A stretch of 64,000 bases of DNA from a virus. Its lineage: Duplodnaviria > Caudoviricetes. Below are positions 63,533 through 64,000 of this stretch, one piece after another; the first letter of the stretch is position 1, and each line of letters opens with the position of its first letter. Both the position numbers and the translations under genes were made by a program. The DNA lies in the IMG/VR virus record IMGVR_UViG_3300012952_003952, positions 1-64,000 of that record; one strand, given 5' to 3'. The notes under the pieces are model-generated. The model made no database searches, was not told the DNA's origin, and saw only the letters and a program-made list of their open reading frames with translations.

Positions 63533-64000
63533 ATGTACTGGTTTGTTATTCCTGCTCGAAAAGGCTCTAAAGAATTCCCATTCAAGAATAGAAAGCTTTT
63601 CAAATATACTGCTGATATAATTCCAAAGCACTTGAAAAATCAAGTTGTAGTTTCTTCTGACGACGAAAAAATTTTAGAGCTCTCTGAAGATTATAATTTT
63701 AAAACTTTGAAAAGAGAAGAAAAGTTAGCTACGGATACAGCCAACACTAGAGATGTTCTTATAGACGTAGTAGAAAAACTTAAAATACCAAAAGAAGACT
63801 TTGTTGTCCTTCTATATCTTGTTTATCCAGATCGAAAGTGGGCTGATATTGCAAGAGGAATGTCTTTTATAGAAGAAAAAAATGCTTCTTCTCTTCTTTG
63901 CAGAAAAGAAATAGAACTTACTCCATATTTGATGATGTTTGAAGAAGAAGACAATAAAGCTACGAAAGTTATTAACCACGATCTTTCCAGAAGGCAAGAT
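63533..64000 (+). CDS. 3'-truncated acylneuraminate cytidylyltransferase (NeuA/PseF-like)
   Basis: VIPARKGSK..PFKN, VVSSDD and KREEKLATD; the frame runs off the window and is not in the supplied track. Confidence 0.85.
   Translation, partial: MYWFVIPARKGSKEFPFKNRKLFKYTADIIPKHLKNQVVVSSDDEKILELSEDYNFKTLKREEKLATDTANTRDVLIDVVEKLKIPKEDFVVLLYLVYPDRKWADIARGMSFIEEKNASSLLCRKEIELTPYLMMFEEEDNKATKVINHDLSRRQD

Noticed and set aside
24953-64000. Bacterial chromosome or eukaryotic giant virus as the source
   Set aside because: Host-like genes are interleaved with fibre genes, PhoH and many orphan ORFs, with no housekeeping operons. Shine-Dalgarno sites, sigma70 promoters and tmRNA argue against an NCLDV. 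Hallmark phage genes are outside the window, so the assignment remains an inference.

Overview
The window looks like a 64-kb piece of a large (jumbo-type) dsDNA bacteriophage genome. This is inferred from tightly packed, translationally coupled genes with Shine-Dalgarno sites and sigma70-type promoters, tail-fibre-like proteins, PhoH and a tmRNA, and from the absence of ribosomal or core metabolic operons. No capsid, terminase or polymerase gene lies in the window. Layout: (1) 1-7.7 kb is a visibly more GC-rich, probable early region with three copies of a 46-bp promoter element, a MoxR-type AAA+ ATPase, a DUF2201/vWA protein and several structured non-coding segments. (2) 7.75-8.0 kb is a phased GGCC/A-tract element. 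(3) 8.3-17.1 kb is a tandem array in which 17 genes start with the same leader, MK(I/V)T(K/R)(R/K)(Q/R/K)L..(I/L/V)(I/V).E, each fused to an unrelated, mostly acidic cargo; this is the most striking feature. (4) 17-37 kb is a host-control block: SET-domain methyltransferase, trypsin-like protease, DinG-like helicase, HD alarmone-hydrolase-like protein, YeaH-SpoVR-PrkA, degenerate chaperonin, Hc1-like histone protein, tmRNA, PAS protein, tubulin/FtsZ homologue, sigma70-region-4 protein and PIN-PhoH. (5) Two tail-fibre-like proteins (666 and 1796 aa) share a C-terminal domain. (6) 43.4-64 kb is a cluster of glycosyltransferases and nucleotide-sugar enzymes (ADP-heptose, dTDP-deoxysugar, CMP-nonulosonate) that runs off the end. 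All family calls come from motif recognition by eye; no database searches or folding computations were run.
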